DNA from: an uncultured Geobacteraceae bacterium
Lineage (GTDB): Bacteria; Desulfobacterota; Desulfuromonadia; Geobacterales; Pseudopelobacteraceae
Direction: 5' to 3'
DNA length: 64,000 nt
Assembly (NCBI GenBank): GCA_942493195.1
Contig: OW818669.1
Location: forward strand, 323,478 to 387,477
A program made the translations under genes and the position numbers. Below the pieces are notes generated by a model. That model ran no database searches and was not told the DNA's origin. It saw nothing but the letters and a program-made list of their open reading frames with translations. This document shows positions 17,170 to 26,551 of the stretch, in pieces; the stretch's first letter is position 1; each line of letters starts with the position of its first letter.

Positions 17170-19410
17170 TCACAGGTCGAACAGAGTCGGTTCCCGGGGA
17201 AGAAATTGTTCAAACCGTTTTTTAAGGTTGCGCAGCTTTTCCACATAATAGGCACCGTTGATATCCGAGTGAGCCGGGTCGTAGGTGTCGGAGGAGCGGC
17301 AATGTTCGTAGGCAGTGACATCCTTGGCCGAACCGCTGACATAGAAACTGACCTGATCACCGGCCCGGTAGACCCTCTCCGAGGCCAGGGCGATTTCGAA
17401 GGCTGCCGAAGGATTGCGTTTGCCAAGACGCACCTTTTCCCGGTAGTGCGCCGGCGATTCGTTGAGTGTTTCGGTGCGGCTGATCCAGGCCACATCCAGG
17501 GTTCGTTCGCGCAGGCGGCTGACATAGTCGCCGTACAGGCGCTCAATGTCCGCTGCCTGTCCGGACAGCAGCATGTTGATCATCTCCTGCATGAAATCCC
17601 GCAGGTAGCGCTCAATACCGCGTGATTTGAGGCTGCTGCCCCGGATAATGATGCGGCCGTCATATTCCAGCAGAGCGTAGTTCTTGGTCTTGTAGGCAAA
17701 CATGGAACGGTAGCGACCGTCCAGTTCCACTTCGATACCTTCCGGCAGGCCGGCGGAAATGCGCCGTACCAGTGCCTGTTCCGCCTCCTCACTGTCACAA
17801 CCGGCGGGAGGGTGGAAGTAAATCCCATCCGTGTCAATCTCCACCGGATCGGCCCCTTCACCCTTCAGCAGCTCAATCATATTTCTTATCGTTACGCGCC
17901 CCAGTCGGGTAACTTCGGCGGCGGCCTCCGGATCGGAAAAATTGTGCAGAGCAGCCCCCAGATAACCGAAGAACGAGTTGATCAGAATCTTGAATACCTG
18001 TTGCAGGGAGTCGAAATAATGTCGCTGGCCGTCATCGGCTGCGTCGCGGACCGCCTGCTTTGCTTCCAGCCGAAACCGCCGCAGTTCGGCCAGCATGGGC
18101 AGGAACAGCCCCAGTGAATCCTTGGCAGGCCCCAGTCGGTAGGTCAGCATCAATGACGGGTACAACGAGGCCACATCACAATGCACAATCGGCCCGCTGA
18201 TCCCCGCGCGGGCCAGTTCCGTGTAACCACCTTCAAATGGCTGAGCTTCCGCAGTGCGGGCCGGTATGGCGTGGCCGCGGTGGAGATATTCCCGCAGGAA
18301 GAGGGCGTTGATGCGGGTGGCATTGCCGCGCAGCGGGCAGTTTTGAAATGAATAGGGAAAGATGCGGGTCTGCAGGAACCAGGGGTAGGCCAGCAGTCGG
18401 AAAAGTGCCAGGGTTTCGCGGACATCATCCAGGTTGTACTTATAGAGTCGCTCCGGATCGGTGTGGAAGGTCTCTGAAATGTCACCGCCCTCCACATAGA
18501 CCCGCTGATCAGCGGCAATGCCGAAGTGGCGGGCAACCTGTTTCAGGCCGTGGCTTTCCAGAGTGCGCAGGCCAATGTCGTAAAGCTGCACCAGGAAATA
18601 GGTGTCGACAATGTGACGTCCGTAGACATCCCAGCGGGGGTAGTCAATGGTCTTTTCCGCCAGACTCCAGCGCGAATTGCTGGTAACGTGCGCCGGCGCT
18701 CCGTTGCGGCCCCAATCCAGGCGAACACCGTGCAGCCGGGCGCGTTTTCCGATGTAATCCAAATCGAAGCGAAAGATGTTATGCCCGATGATCACATCCG
18801 GATCACAGCGCTGGATAACTTCGTTCAGCCCCCTCAGCAGTTCCGGTTCGGAAAGGGCATCGCCCCGCAGCACAATCTCCTCACCGAAGGAATCCTTGAG
18901 AGCGATGGACACGATACGGTCCTCCGGTCGTTCCGGATTGGAAAAACGGTATCCGGGGGCACAGATCGTCTCAATATCCAACGCCAGGCAGCGCAACTGT
19001 TCAAAGTCCATCCCCTTGAAAAGTGTTGTGCCGGTAGAAAGCATGTACTGGTGGGACAGGTCAGAAATAAACAGGTAAGGTGCCTCGACCGCCCCGGAGG
19101 ATTTGCCGGTCTTGGTGGCCAGATAGTCCCGGGCCGTTAGGCAGTCGCCCCACGAATCGAACTGCAATTGGAAGCGGAAGGTGTCATCACCGGACAATTG
19201 GCGGATGGAACAGGGCACACGACAGCCGATCAGCAGGGCCGGATCACTGGCCAGAATAAAGGGGCGGAAAGGCTCATCATGGAAGTGGATGCCACTTTCC
19301 GTCCGCACGAAAAGCCGCACAAAGTGTCCGGCCGGTTCGACAGCCACAATGCCGGTGCGCTGATCGTGGCCGAACAGCAGCGGTGTATGTTCAATCACGT
19401 TGGCATCCAT
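17170..19410 (-). CDS. polB: DNA polymerase II (family B)
   Basis: 746 aa. Exo I motif DIETI, motif A DVASLYPSLM, polymerase motif IDTDGIY, and a conserved KxY region. Family B architecture. Confidence 0.85.
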   Translation of the reverse strand: MDANVIEHTPLLFGHDQRTGIVAVEPAGHFVRLFVRTESGIHFHDEPFRPFILASDPALLIGCRVPCSIRQLSGDDTFRFQLQFDSWGDCLTARDYLATKTGKSSGAVEAPYLFISDLSHQYMLSTGTTLFKGMDFEQLRCLALDIETICAPGYRFSNPERPEDRIVSIALKDSFGEEIVLRGDALSEPELLRGLNEVIQRCDPDVIIGHNIFRFDLDYIGKRARLHGVRLDWGRNGAPAHVTSNSRWSLAEKTIDYPRWDVYGRHIVDTYFLVQLYDIGLRTLESHGLKQVARHFGIAADQRVYVEGGDISETFHTDPERLYKYNLDDVRETLALFRLLAYPWFLQTRIFPYSFQNCPLRGNATRINALFLREYLHRGHAIPARTAEAQPFEGGYTELARAGISGPIVHCDVASLYPSLMLTYRLGPAKDSLGLFLPMLAELRRFRLEAKQAVRDAADDGQRHYFDSLQQVFKILINSFFGYLGAALHNFSDPEAAAEVTRLGRVTIRNMIELLKGEGADPVEIDTDGIYFHPPAGCDSEEAEQALVRRISAGLPEGIEVELDGRYRSMFAYKTKNYALLEYDGRIIIRGSSLKSRGIERYLRDFMQEMINMLLSGQAADIERLYGDYVSRLRERTLDVAWISRTETLNESPAHYREKVRLGKRNPSAAFEIALASERVYRAGDQVSFYVSGSAKDVTAYEHCRSSDTYDPAHSDINGAYYVEKLRNLKKRFEQFLPREPTLFDL

Positions 19411-19446
19411 GTTTCAACTGTAGTGCAGGTCTCCCCGGAGAGGCAA

Positions 19447-19484
19447 TAAAAAAGGCGCAACCGATGAGGGCGCGCCTTTCTTGG
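19447..19484 (-). terminator. intrinsic terminator after the peroxiredoxin gene
   Basis: The minus strand reads AAAGGCGCgccctcatcggttGCGCCTTTTTT. Confidence 0.65.
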
Positions 19485-19506
19485 TATTGAATATGGACCG
19501 CAGGAA

Positions 19507-20106
19507 TTACTTGCCGTGTTTAGCCAGGTAGGTGGCAACGCCGTCCTGGGTCGGCTTCATGGCCTCGTCCCCCTCTTTCCAGTTGGCCGGGCAGACCTGG
19601 TCGCCGTGGGCTTCTACAAACTGCAGAGCATCCACCATGCGGAGAGCCTCATCCACACTGCGACCAAGTGGCAGGTCATTGATAACGGAATGACGGATGA
19701 TGCCCTTGGTGTCGATCAGGAACAGGCCGCGCAGTGCCACGGAATCGCCAAAGAGGATGCCGTATTCGCGGGCGATGTTCTTGTTCAGGTCAGAAACCAG
19801 CGGATACTGGATCTGGCCGATGCCGCCGTCTTCCAGCTTGGTGTTTTTCCAGGCTAGGTGGGTGAACTTGGAATCAACGGAAACGCCGATGACTTCGGTG
19901 TTGCGTTTCTTGAAATCATCCAGCTTCTTGTTGAAGGCCAGAATCTCGGAAGGGCAGACAAAGGTGAAATCCAGGGGGTAGAAAAACAGGACAACGTTCT
20001 TGCCCTTGTAGCTGGAGAGCTGAAGCTGGGCGATGGTGTTGTCGGGGAATACGGTATCGGCGGTGAAGTCCGGGGCTGGTTTTGTAACGAGAGTGGTAAG
20101 GCTCAT
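19507..20106 (-). CDS. 2-Cys peroxiredoxin (AhpC/Prx1 subfamily)
   Basis: 199 aa. Peroxidatic Cys motif FTFVCPSEI and the resolving Cys region (…GDQVCPANW). Confidence 0.9.
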   Translation of the reverse strand: MSLTTLVTKPAPDFTADTVFPDNTIAQLQLSSYKGKNVVLFFYPLDFTFVCPSEILAFNKKLDDFKKRNTEVIGVSVDSKFTHLAWKNTKLEDGGIGQIQYPLVSDLNKNIAREYGILFGDSVALRGLFLIDTKGIIRHSVINDLPLGRSVDEALRMVDALQFVEAHGDQVCPANWKEGDEAMKPTQDGVATYLAKHGK

Positions 20107-20218
20107 TGGTGATGTCTCCTTTAGAATTGAAGTCAGAATTATAATAGTTATTTTCTACCAGCCAATAGGCATGTTGTCAATAAGATAAAAATACTCTTTT
20201 GGTCTTTTTGTGTTTTGA

Positions 20219-21766
20219 TTATTTTTGCTGCAGGTTTGCACCACTGTCTTGCGGAGTTGATTCCTGCTGAATGTACTTCTTTACCGTCCGGCGATCCAGA
20301 TTGGTGCGGCGGGCGACCTCCTCATACGTGCCGTAGCGGCTGTACAGCAGCCGGCAGTAGTCTGCCAGCAGATCCAGGGCATCCATGGTGCCGGTGTCGA
20401 TATCTGCCATCAACTTCTCCAGCTGACCGGAGGGTGCAGCGGCAGTATCACCTCGGTAGTGACGTGTAATGATGATCCGCCGCACGGCCTGTTCCAACTC
20501 GCGGACGTTGCCGGGCCAGGTGTAGCCGGCGCCCAGATCGCGTGTAATGGCGTCCCGCACCAGGCGGGCATAGCTGACGGCGGATTCGCCGATCATGCGC
20601 CGCAGGATACTGCCGACCAGCGCCTCCAGTTCACGCGGTTCTTCCTGAATGCGCTGCCGCAGCGGAGGCACTACAATGATATCGGAGCAGAGCCGGTAAT
20701 AGAAGTCGTCGCGGAACTGCCCCTTGTGGCGCAATTCGTCCAGTGGGCGGTTGGTGGCGGCGATTACCCGGCCGTTGAAGCGCAGTTTTTCGTGGCTGCC
20801 CACGGGCGAAAAGGTCCGTTCCTGGATAACCTGCAGCAGTTTGATTTGTACCGGTATGGAGACATCGCCGATCTCATCCAAAAAAATGGAACCATGAGGT
20901 GTGCAGCGGCTGAAGATGCCGTCGTGGTTTTCGATGGCGCCGGTGAAGGCCCCTTTTTTGTGGCCGAACAGCTCTGATTCCAGCAACGACTCCGGGTATT
21001 GGGAGAGGTTGATGGAAATGAAATTGCGGGTGAAACTCTCCACAAAACAGCCTTTGCGCGGATCGAAGGGGATGAAGCCGGAGCGGCCGATGGCCGCCGC
21101 AGCGGCACCCTTGCCGCTGCCGGTCTCGCCCAGCAGCAGGGTGGAAAAATCCTCCATGCGGTCCCAGAGCAGCTTTTCGTACCAGTTGATGTTGCAGGTG
21201 AAGATGTTGTTCCAAAGCTGCAGCCGCAGATTGTGCATGGCGGGTGAAAGACCGGTCAGGGCATTTTCAATGAAATAGAAGGCACGCCTGATCTGGTAGA
21301 AAATCCCCAGATAGCGCTGGCAGGTCGCCGTATCCATCTCCAATGCGGCCATCTGTGAAAGGATTTCGCGGGCAAACGGCACCGGGATGGGGGTGTCACC
21401 GGCGGCCATTTGTTTGAGGATGAACTCGTCAAAGATCAGGCGGTAGCGGTGGTAGATATCAAACAGAAAGGCCGTTCGCAGCAGATCACGATCTTCGCTG
21501 CCGTAGCGGCTCAGGTCACCGCGCCCCGTTTTCTTGAGTTTGGCCAGATTGTCACTGATGCGCCCGGTGGCCTTGATCACCAGATCGTCCCAGGGCATTG
21601 CTGCTGAGGTGTCGGCGATGACACGGTCAAGATCAAGTCGGCTCTGGCTGAACGGGTTAGTGAAGGCGGCCTGGGCCACGGTTTTAAAAAAGTCCCGCTC
21701 TGTGGGTGTGAGTGCTGGTTTCGTTGTCATGCACAAAATGTACATGATGCCAACACAGGGTGTCAA
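20219..21766 (-). CDS. sigma-54-dependent transcriptional activator (bEBP) with an uncharacterised N-terminal sensory domain
   Basis: AAA+ sigma-54 interaction domain (GETGSGKG, GAFTGA, ESELFGH, RFNGRVIAATN) and a C-terminal Fis-type HTH. No receiver domain. The true start may be an internal Met (MTTKP… near 21730). Confidence 0.8.
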   Translation of the reverse strand: MTPCVGIMYILCMTTKPALTPTERDFFKTVAQAAFTNPFSQSRLDLDRVIADTSAAMPWDDLVIKATGRISDNLAKLKKTGRGDLSRYGSEDRDLLRTAFLFDIYHRYRLIFDEFILKQMAAGDTPIPVPFAREILSQMAALEMDTATCQRYLGIFYQIRRAFYFIENALTGLSPAMHNLRLQLWNNIFTCNINWYEKLLWDRMEDFSTLLLGETGSGKGAAAAAIGRSGFIPFDPRKGCFVESFTRNFISINLSQYPESLLESELFGHKKGAFTGAIENHDGIFSRCTPHGSIFLDEIGDVSIPVQIKLLQVIQERTFSPVGSHEKLRFNGRVIAATNRPLDELRHKGQFRDDFYYRLCSDIIVVPPLRQRIQEEPRELEALVGSILRRMIGESAVSYARLVRDAITRDLGAGYTWPGNVRELEQAVRRIIITRHYRGDTAAAPSGQLEKLMADIDTGTMDALDLLADYCRLLYSRYGTYEEVARRTNLDRRTVKKYIQQESTPQDSGANLQQK

Positions 21767-21942
21767 TGCTCGTTGTGTTGAGTTGGGGCTTTGTGATCTG
21801 TTTTATTTTATTGCTACGTAATATCTGGTTGTTACGCTTGAATTGCCAGCATGGCACACTCCCTGTAATGCGGTCCCATGAAATAGTATCGCCATGTCAA
21901 TGTACTTTTGGTATGGTAATCGCCGATTATGGGAGCCCCCTC

Positions 21943-22983
21943 ATGCAGACCACAGCACCAATCATCGACATTCATTGCCACACAGCCGGCATCGGAGCCG
22001 GAGGAAGCGGTTGTCTGGTTTCTCCGGCCCTGCGACGCAATATCCGCTACCGCTTTTTTCTCAAGGCCTTTGGTGTCAGCGAGCCGGAGCTGGAGCGGCA
22101 TGGCGACCGCCTGATTCTGGAACGGCTTTCGGCCAGGCTGGAAAATTCCCGGCATGTTACGTCCGCCGTGATTCTGGCCATGGATGGACCGCTGGACAGC
22201 AACGCCCAGCTCGATCACAGCCGTACGGAAATTTTCATTCCCAACGATTATCTGGCACGGGAGTGCCGGCGCTACGATAACCTGCTGTTCGGTGCCAGCA
22301 TCAATCCCCATCGCCGTGATGCCCTGGATCGCCTGGAACAGGTTGCGGCCGAAGGGGCGGTGCTGCTCAAATGGCTTCCCTCCATTCAGGGCATCCGCCC
22401 CGATGACCGCCGGCTGGACCGGTTCTATCGCCGCATGCAGGATTTGGGACTGCCGCTTCTGAGCCACACCGGCAACGAGGAGTCCTTTACCTTTGCCGAC
22501 AACACTCTGGCCGACCCGCAGCATTTGCGCCGTCCGCTGGAGATGGGGGTCACCGTCATTGCCGCTCACTGCGCCAGCAACGGCCGTAACCAGGGGCAGC
22601 ACAACCTCCAGCGGCTACTGCCGCTGTTCGATGAGTTCGATAACCTGTACGCCGATATATCGGCCCTGACCCAGATCAACCGACTGGGACACCTGCCTAA
22701 AATTCTCCGTCATGGTCACCTGCACGAGCGCCTGCTGTACGGCAGCGATATGCCGATCATCTCCACGGGGCTCACATCCCCCTGGTTCCACGCCTACCGG
22801 GTCCCGTTGGGGAAGGTGCGCCGCATTTCTGCACTTGGTAATCCCTGGGACCAAGATGTGGAGCTGAAGCGGGCCCTGGGAATGCCGGAGGGGATGTTCG
22901 GGAATTGCGCGAGGGTTTTAAACATAATAGGCAAATGCGGTCTCACGCAAAGCTCACAAAGCACACAAAGAAATACAAAATGA
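21943..22983 (+). CDS. amidohydrolase-2 family metal-dependent hydrolase (TIM barrel)
   Basis: The HxH metal motif (IDIHCHTAG) lies near the N-terminus. There is a later His/Asp pattern (…LLSHTGNEES…, …IAAHCASNG…). Divergent from the sigma-54 activator gene. The start was chosen at MQTTAPIIDIHCH; an upstream in-frame ATG is also possible. Confidence 0.6.
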   Translation: MQTTAPIIDIHCHTAGIGAGGSGCLVSPALRRNIRYRFFLKAFGVSEPELERHGDRLILERLSARLENSRHVTSAVILAMDGPLDSNAQLDHSRTEIFIPNDYLARECRRYDNLLFGASINPHRRDALDRLEQVAAEGAVLLKWLPSIQGIRPDDRRLDRFYRRMQDLGLPLLSHTGNEESFTFADNTLADPQHLRRPLEMGVTVIAAHCASNGRNQGQHNLQRLLPLFDEFDNLYADISALTQINRLGHLPKILRHGHLHERLLYGSDMPIISTGLTSPWFHAYRVPLGKVRRISALGNPWDQDVELKRALGMPEGMFGNCARVLNIIGKCGLTQSSQSTQRNTK

Positions 22984-23101
22984 TGTAGGTGCTCTTTGAG
23001 ACCTTCGCTTAAAAGCACCTACTTTTGGTCCGCCTTTACGTGATCATGATTTTTGAAGTTTGATTCTCATTGACTTAACAACTGACTACAAGAGGATGCC
23101 C

Positions 23102-26100
23102 ATGAGTTCCACTGAATCCACCACCAACAAACTTCCCCGTTCCTTCGGTCGTCTGAATATCGCCCAGTTCCTGGGGGCCATGAACGATAACATCCTCAAA
23201 CTGCTGATCATCTTTTGTCTAATCGGTGTGCAGGGTGCTGACAAGGCCGGTGTTATCACCGCCTCGGTCGGGGCGGCTTTTGTGCTGCCGTTCCTGCTCT
23301 TTTCGGCCCCGGCCGGCTGTCTGGCGGACCGCTTCCGCAAGTCGCGGGTGATTGTGACCGTCAAGCTGGTCGAGGTGGTGGTGACCGCCCTGGCAATAGC
23401 GGCCTTTGCCATGGGGTGGCATAACGGCCTGTATCTGGTGATCTTCATGATGGCGGTCCATAGCGCCTTTTTTGCCCCGGCCAAGTACGGTGTCATACCG
23501 GAACTGGCCGACCGCGAGCAGCTCTCCCGTGCCAATGGCCTGATCGAATCCTTCACCTATCTGGCCATTATTTTCGGGACGGTGCTGGCGTCGGCCCTGG
23601 CCCAGGCAGTTGGCGGCCGTTACTGGCTGGCGGCCCTGTTCTGTCTGGGGGTGGCGGTGGTCGGTCTGTGGGCCGCCTCCGGGATGGAGCCCACCCCCCA
23701 GGCCGATGCCGGGCGGCAGATCTCACTGTTCCCGAATGAAATCTTGCGCACGATCCTTTCCATCCGCCATGACCGTGACCTGATGCTGGCGGTGATCGGC
23801 CAGGCCTACTTCATGTTTGTGGGAGCCTATGTCCAGCTCAACCTGATCGGTTACGGCATGCAGGAGATGGGACTGGCCGAGGCCCAGAGCGGTTATCTCT
23901 TCCTGGGGGCGGCACTGGGGATCGGCATCGGTTCCCTGCTGGCGGCCAAACTGTCCGGGCGTGATGTGGAGTTCGGTATTGTCCCGATCGGCGCCATCGG
24001 CCTGACGATCTCCCTGGCCATGCTGCATGCCGTGCCGGCTTCGCTGATTGCCTGCCTGCTGATTGTGGTGGCGTTGGGCATCTCAGCCGGTCTCTTCAGT
24101 TTGCCCTTGCAGACCTTTATCCAGTTTCGCGCCAAGCCCGAGCAGCGTGGCGAGGTGCTGGCCGCCGCCAGTTTTGTTAACTGGGTGGCTATTCTGATTG
24201 CCTCCGGTCTGACCTGGCTTTTCAGCGGTCCCATGGGATTGCGGGCCGCCCAGGGTTTCAGTACGGTGGGGGTTATCACCCTGATCTGCACCCTGATCTC
24301 CTTCTGGGCGCTGCCCGATTTTCTGGTGCGTTTCCTGGCCCTGGTGGCCATGCGGGTCTTCTACCGGCTGCGCATCATCGGTGCCGAAAATCTGCCGATC
24401 GAAGGACCGGCCCTGCTGATCCCCAACCATGTCACCTGGCTGGATGCCCTGCTGCTGAGCGCCACCAACCAGCGCCGCATCCGCTTCGTCATGGAGCGCC
24501 GCGTCTACAACACCCACCTGCTGCGCGGCCTGTTCAGGCTGCTGAAGGTCATTCCGGTTTCATCGGAGGATGGCAAAAAAGGGTTGCTGGAGTTCATGAA
24601 ACAGTCCCGGGCCGCCCTGGACGATGGCTTCATGGTCTGTATCTTCGCCGAGGGCCAGCTGACCCGCAACGGCATGCTGCGCGAATTTCGCGGCGGTTTC
24701 GAGCGCATCGTCAAGGGGACCGATTATCCCATCATTCCTGTTTACATCGGGGGCGCCTGGGGCAGTATCCTTTCCTATGCCCATGGCCGCATGATGTCGA
24801 CCCTGCCGGCCTTTTCCCCCTATCCCATGACGGTCCTGTTCGGAACCCCAATGCCTTCGACCAGCACCGCCATGCAGGTGCGTCAGGCCGTTATGGAATT
24901 GTCTTGCGACTATTTTGATTCCCGCAAGCCGCGCCGCCATTCCCTGGAGCAGTACTTCATTCAGGCTGCGAGGCAGAACTGGAGCCGCCGGGCGATAGCC
25001 GATACCTCGGGCAAATCTCTCAACTACGGCCGGACCCTGGCCGGAGCCGTGGCGTTGGCCGGCAAGCTGGAAAGCATAATTACAAACAATTCCCTCCCCC
25101 CTGGCGGGGGAGAGTTAGGGAGGGGGGGAAACGTGCACGTAGGCCTGTTGCTGCCCCCCTCCGTGGGGGCCGTGCTCTCCAACGTGGCCCTGCTCCAGCT
25201 GGGCAAGATCCCGGTCAACCTGAACTACACCGCCGCCGAAGGTTCGCTGCGCTCGGCCGTGCAGCAGTGCGGTATCACCACCATCATTACCTCGCGGGCC
25301 TTCCTGGAAAAGGTACCGACCCTGCCGCAGTTGGAGGGGATGGTCATGCTGGAGGATCTCCTTCCCACCATCAGCGGCAGTGATAAGTTTCTGGCCCTTA
25401 TAAAGGCCCGGCTGTTCCCCGTCCGGCTGCTCTGCAAACGCGAGGGCTTCAGCGCCGACAGTGTCGCCACAGTCATATTCTCCTCCGGCAGCACCGGCGA
25501 GCCCAAGGGGGTCATGCTGACCCACCACAACATCATGTCCAACATCGAAGCTTTCCGCATGGTCTTCCGGGCCACCCTTGATGACAACGTCTGCTCGGCC
25601 CTGCCGTTCTTCCACTCCCTCGGTTTTACGGCCACGCTCTGGTTCCCGCTGGTGTCCGGATTCTCGGCCGCCTACCACACTAATCCCATGGATGGCGAAA
25701 CCATCGCCAAGACCGTGCGGGAGCAGCGCTCAACCCTGCTGCTGGCGACCCCCACCTTCCTGCTGGCCTATTTGCGCCGGGCCAAACGGGAGGATTTTGC
25801 TACACTGCGGCTGGTAATTACCGGAGCCGAAAAGCTCAAGAGCAAGGTGGCCGATTCCTTCGAAGAGAAATTCGGGGTGCGCCCGCTGGAAGGATATGGC
25901 GCCACGGAGCTGTCGCCGGTTATCACCCTTTCCCTGCCGGACGTGGAGGTGGGCGGTGTCCATCAGTACGGTGCCAAGGAGGGGAGCGTCGGTCACCCCA
26001 TACCGGGCGTCGCCATCCGGGTGGTCGATCCTGACAGCGGCAGGGAACTCAAACCGGGCGAGGCAGGTCTGATGCTGGTGCGCGGACCCAATGTCATGCT

Positions 26101-26551
26101 GGGCTATCTGGGGCAGGAGACTAAAACCGCCGAGGTTGTCAAGGATGGCTGGTATGTCACCGGTGATATCGGCATCATGGATGACGATGGTTTCATCCGC
26201 ATCACCGACCGCATGTCACGCTTCAGCAAAATCGGCGGCGAAATGGTACCCCACGGCGTAGTGGAGGATGAGTTGCACGGACGCCTGGGGCAGACCGGCG
26301 TGGTGGCCGTCACAGCGGTGCCGGATGAGAAGAAGGGTGAGAAACTTGTGGTGCTGTTTGCCCGTGAGGCGGCAGATGCCGAGACCCTGCAGCGCCACAT
26401 GTCCGAAAGTGCACTCCCCAATCTGTGGAAACCGGGGCGCGACTGCTACATCGAGGTGGAGAGTCTGCCGATCCTGGGGACCGGCAAGCTGGACCTGAAG
26501 GGGATCAAGGAGATTGCCCTGGCAGCGGTGGGTGGGGCTTCGTCCCCATGA
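23102..26551 (+). CDS. aas: tri-domain fusion: MFS lysophospholipid transporter (LplT-like) + 1-acyl-glycerol-3-phosphate acyltransferase (PlsC) domain + acyl-ACP/CoA synthetase (Aas-like)
   Basis: Roughly 450 aa of 12-TM MFS (start to …LPDFLVRF). Then the PlsC motif NHVTWLDALLL with FAEGQLTRNG. Then the AMP-binding domain (TSGSTGEPKGVMLTHHN, YGATE, …TGDIG…DDDGF…RMSRFSKIGGE). Confidence 0.8.
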   Translation: MSSTESTTNKLPRSFGRLNIAQFLGAMNDNILKLLIIFCLIGVQGADKAGVITASVGAAFVLPFLLFSAPAGCLADRFRKSRVIVTVKLVEVVVTALAIAAFAMGWHNGLYLVIFMMAVHSAFFAPAKYGVIPELADREQLSRANGLIESFTYLAIIFGTVLASALAQAVGGRYWLAALFCLGVAVVGLWAASGMEPTPQADAGRQISLFPNEILRTILSIRHDRDLMLAVIGQAYFMFVGAYVQLNLIGYGMQEMGLAEAQSGYLFLGAALGIGIGSLLAAKLSGRDVEFGIVPIGAIGLTISLAMLHAVPASLIACLLIVVALGISAGLFSLPLQTFIQFRAKPEQRGEVLAAASFVNWVAILIASGLTWLFSGPMGLRAAQGFSTVGVITLICTLISFWALPDFLVRFLALVAMRVFYRLRIIGAENLPIEGPALLIPNHVTWLDALLLSATNQRRIRFVMERRVYNTHLLRGLFRLLKVIPVSSEDGKKGLLEFMKQSRAALDDGFMVCIFAEGQLTRNGMLREFRGGFERIVKGTDYPIIPVYIGGAWGSILSYAHGRMMSTLPAFSPYPMTVLFGTPMPSTSTAMQVRQAVMELSCDYFDSRKPRRHSLEQYFIQAARQNWSRRAIADTSGKSLNYGRTLAGAVALAGKLESIITNNSLPPGGGELGRGGNVHVGLLLPPSVGAVLSNVALLQLGKIPVNLNYTAAEGSLRSAVQQCGITTIITSRAFLEKVPTLPQLEGMVMLEDLLPTISGSDKFLALIKARLFPVRLLCKREGFSADSVATVIFSSGSTGEPKGVMLTHHNIMSNIEAFRMVFRATLDDNVCSALPFFHSLGFTATLWFPLVSGFSAAYHTNPMDGETIAKTVREQRSTLLLATPTFLLAYLRRAKREDFATLRLVITGAEKLKSKVADSFEEKFGVRPLEGYGATELSPVITLSLPDVEVGGVHQYGAKEGSVGHPIPGVAIRVVDPDSGRELKPGEAGLMLVRGPNVMLGYLGQETKTAEVVKDGWYVTGDIGIMDDDGFIRITDRMSRFSKIGGEMVPHGVVEDELHGRLGQTGVVAVTAVPDEKKGEKLVVLFAREAADAETLQRHMSESALPNLWKPGRDCYIEVESLPILGTGKLDLKGIKEIALAAVGGASSP
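25090..25130. repeat. GC-rich palindromic REP-like element, copy 1 (in-frame inside the aas fusion CDS)
   Basis: TTCCCTCCCCCCTGGCGGGGGAGAGTTAGGGAGGGGGGGAA differs from the copy at 41082-41123 by only two bases. Its core is the inverted repeat CCCTCCCCCC/GGGGGAGGG. It encodes the linker …SLPPGGGELGRGGN…. Confidence 0.75.

Noticed and set aside
21845-21870. Candidate sigma-54 promoter TGGCAC-actcc-CTGTA between the bEBP and the amidohydrolase
   Set aside because: The -12 element is GT rather than GC at the required GG-N10-GC spacing, and the reverse orientation is also out of register. Too weak to call without a PWM scan.
23060-23101. Longer start (MILIDLTTDYKRMPM…) for the aas fusion gene
   Set aside because: The ATG at 23102 has an AGAGGA Shine-Dalgarno at proper spacing. 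The upstream ATGs have none, and MFS N-termini begin near this point.
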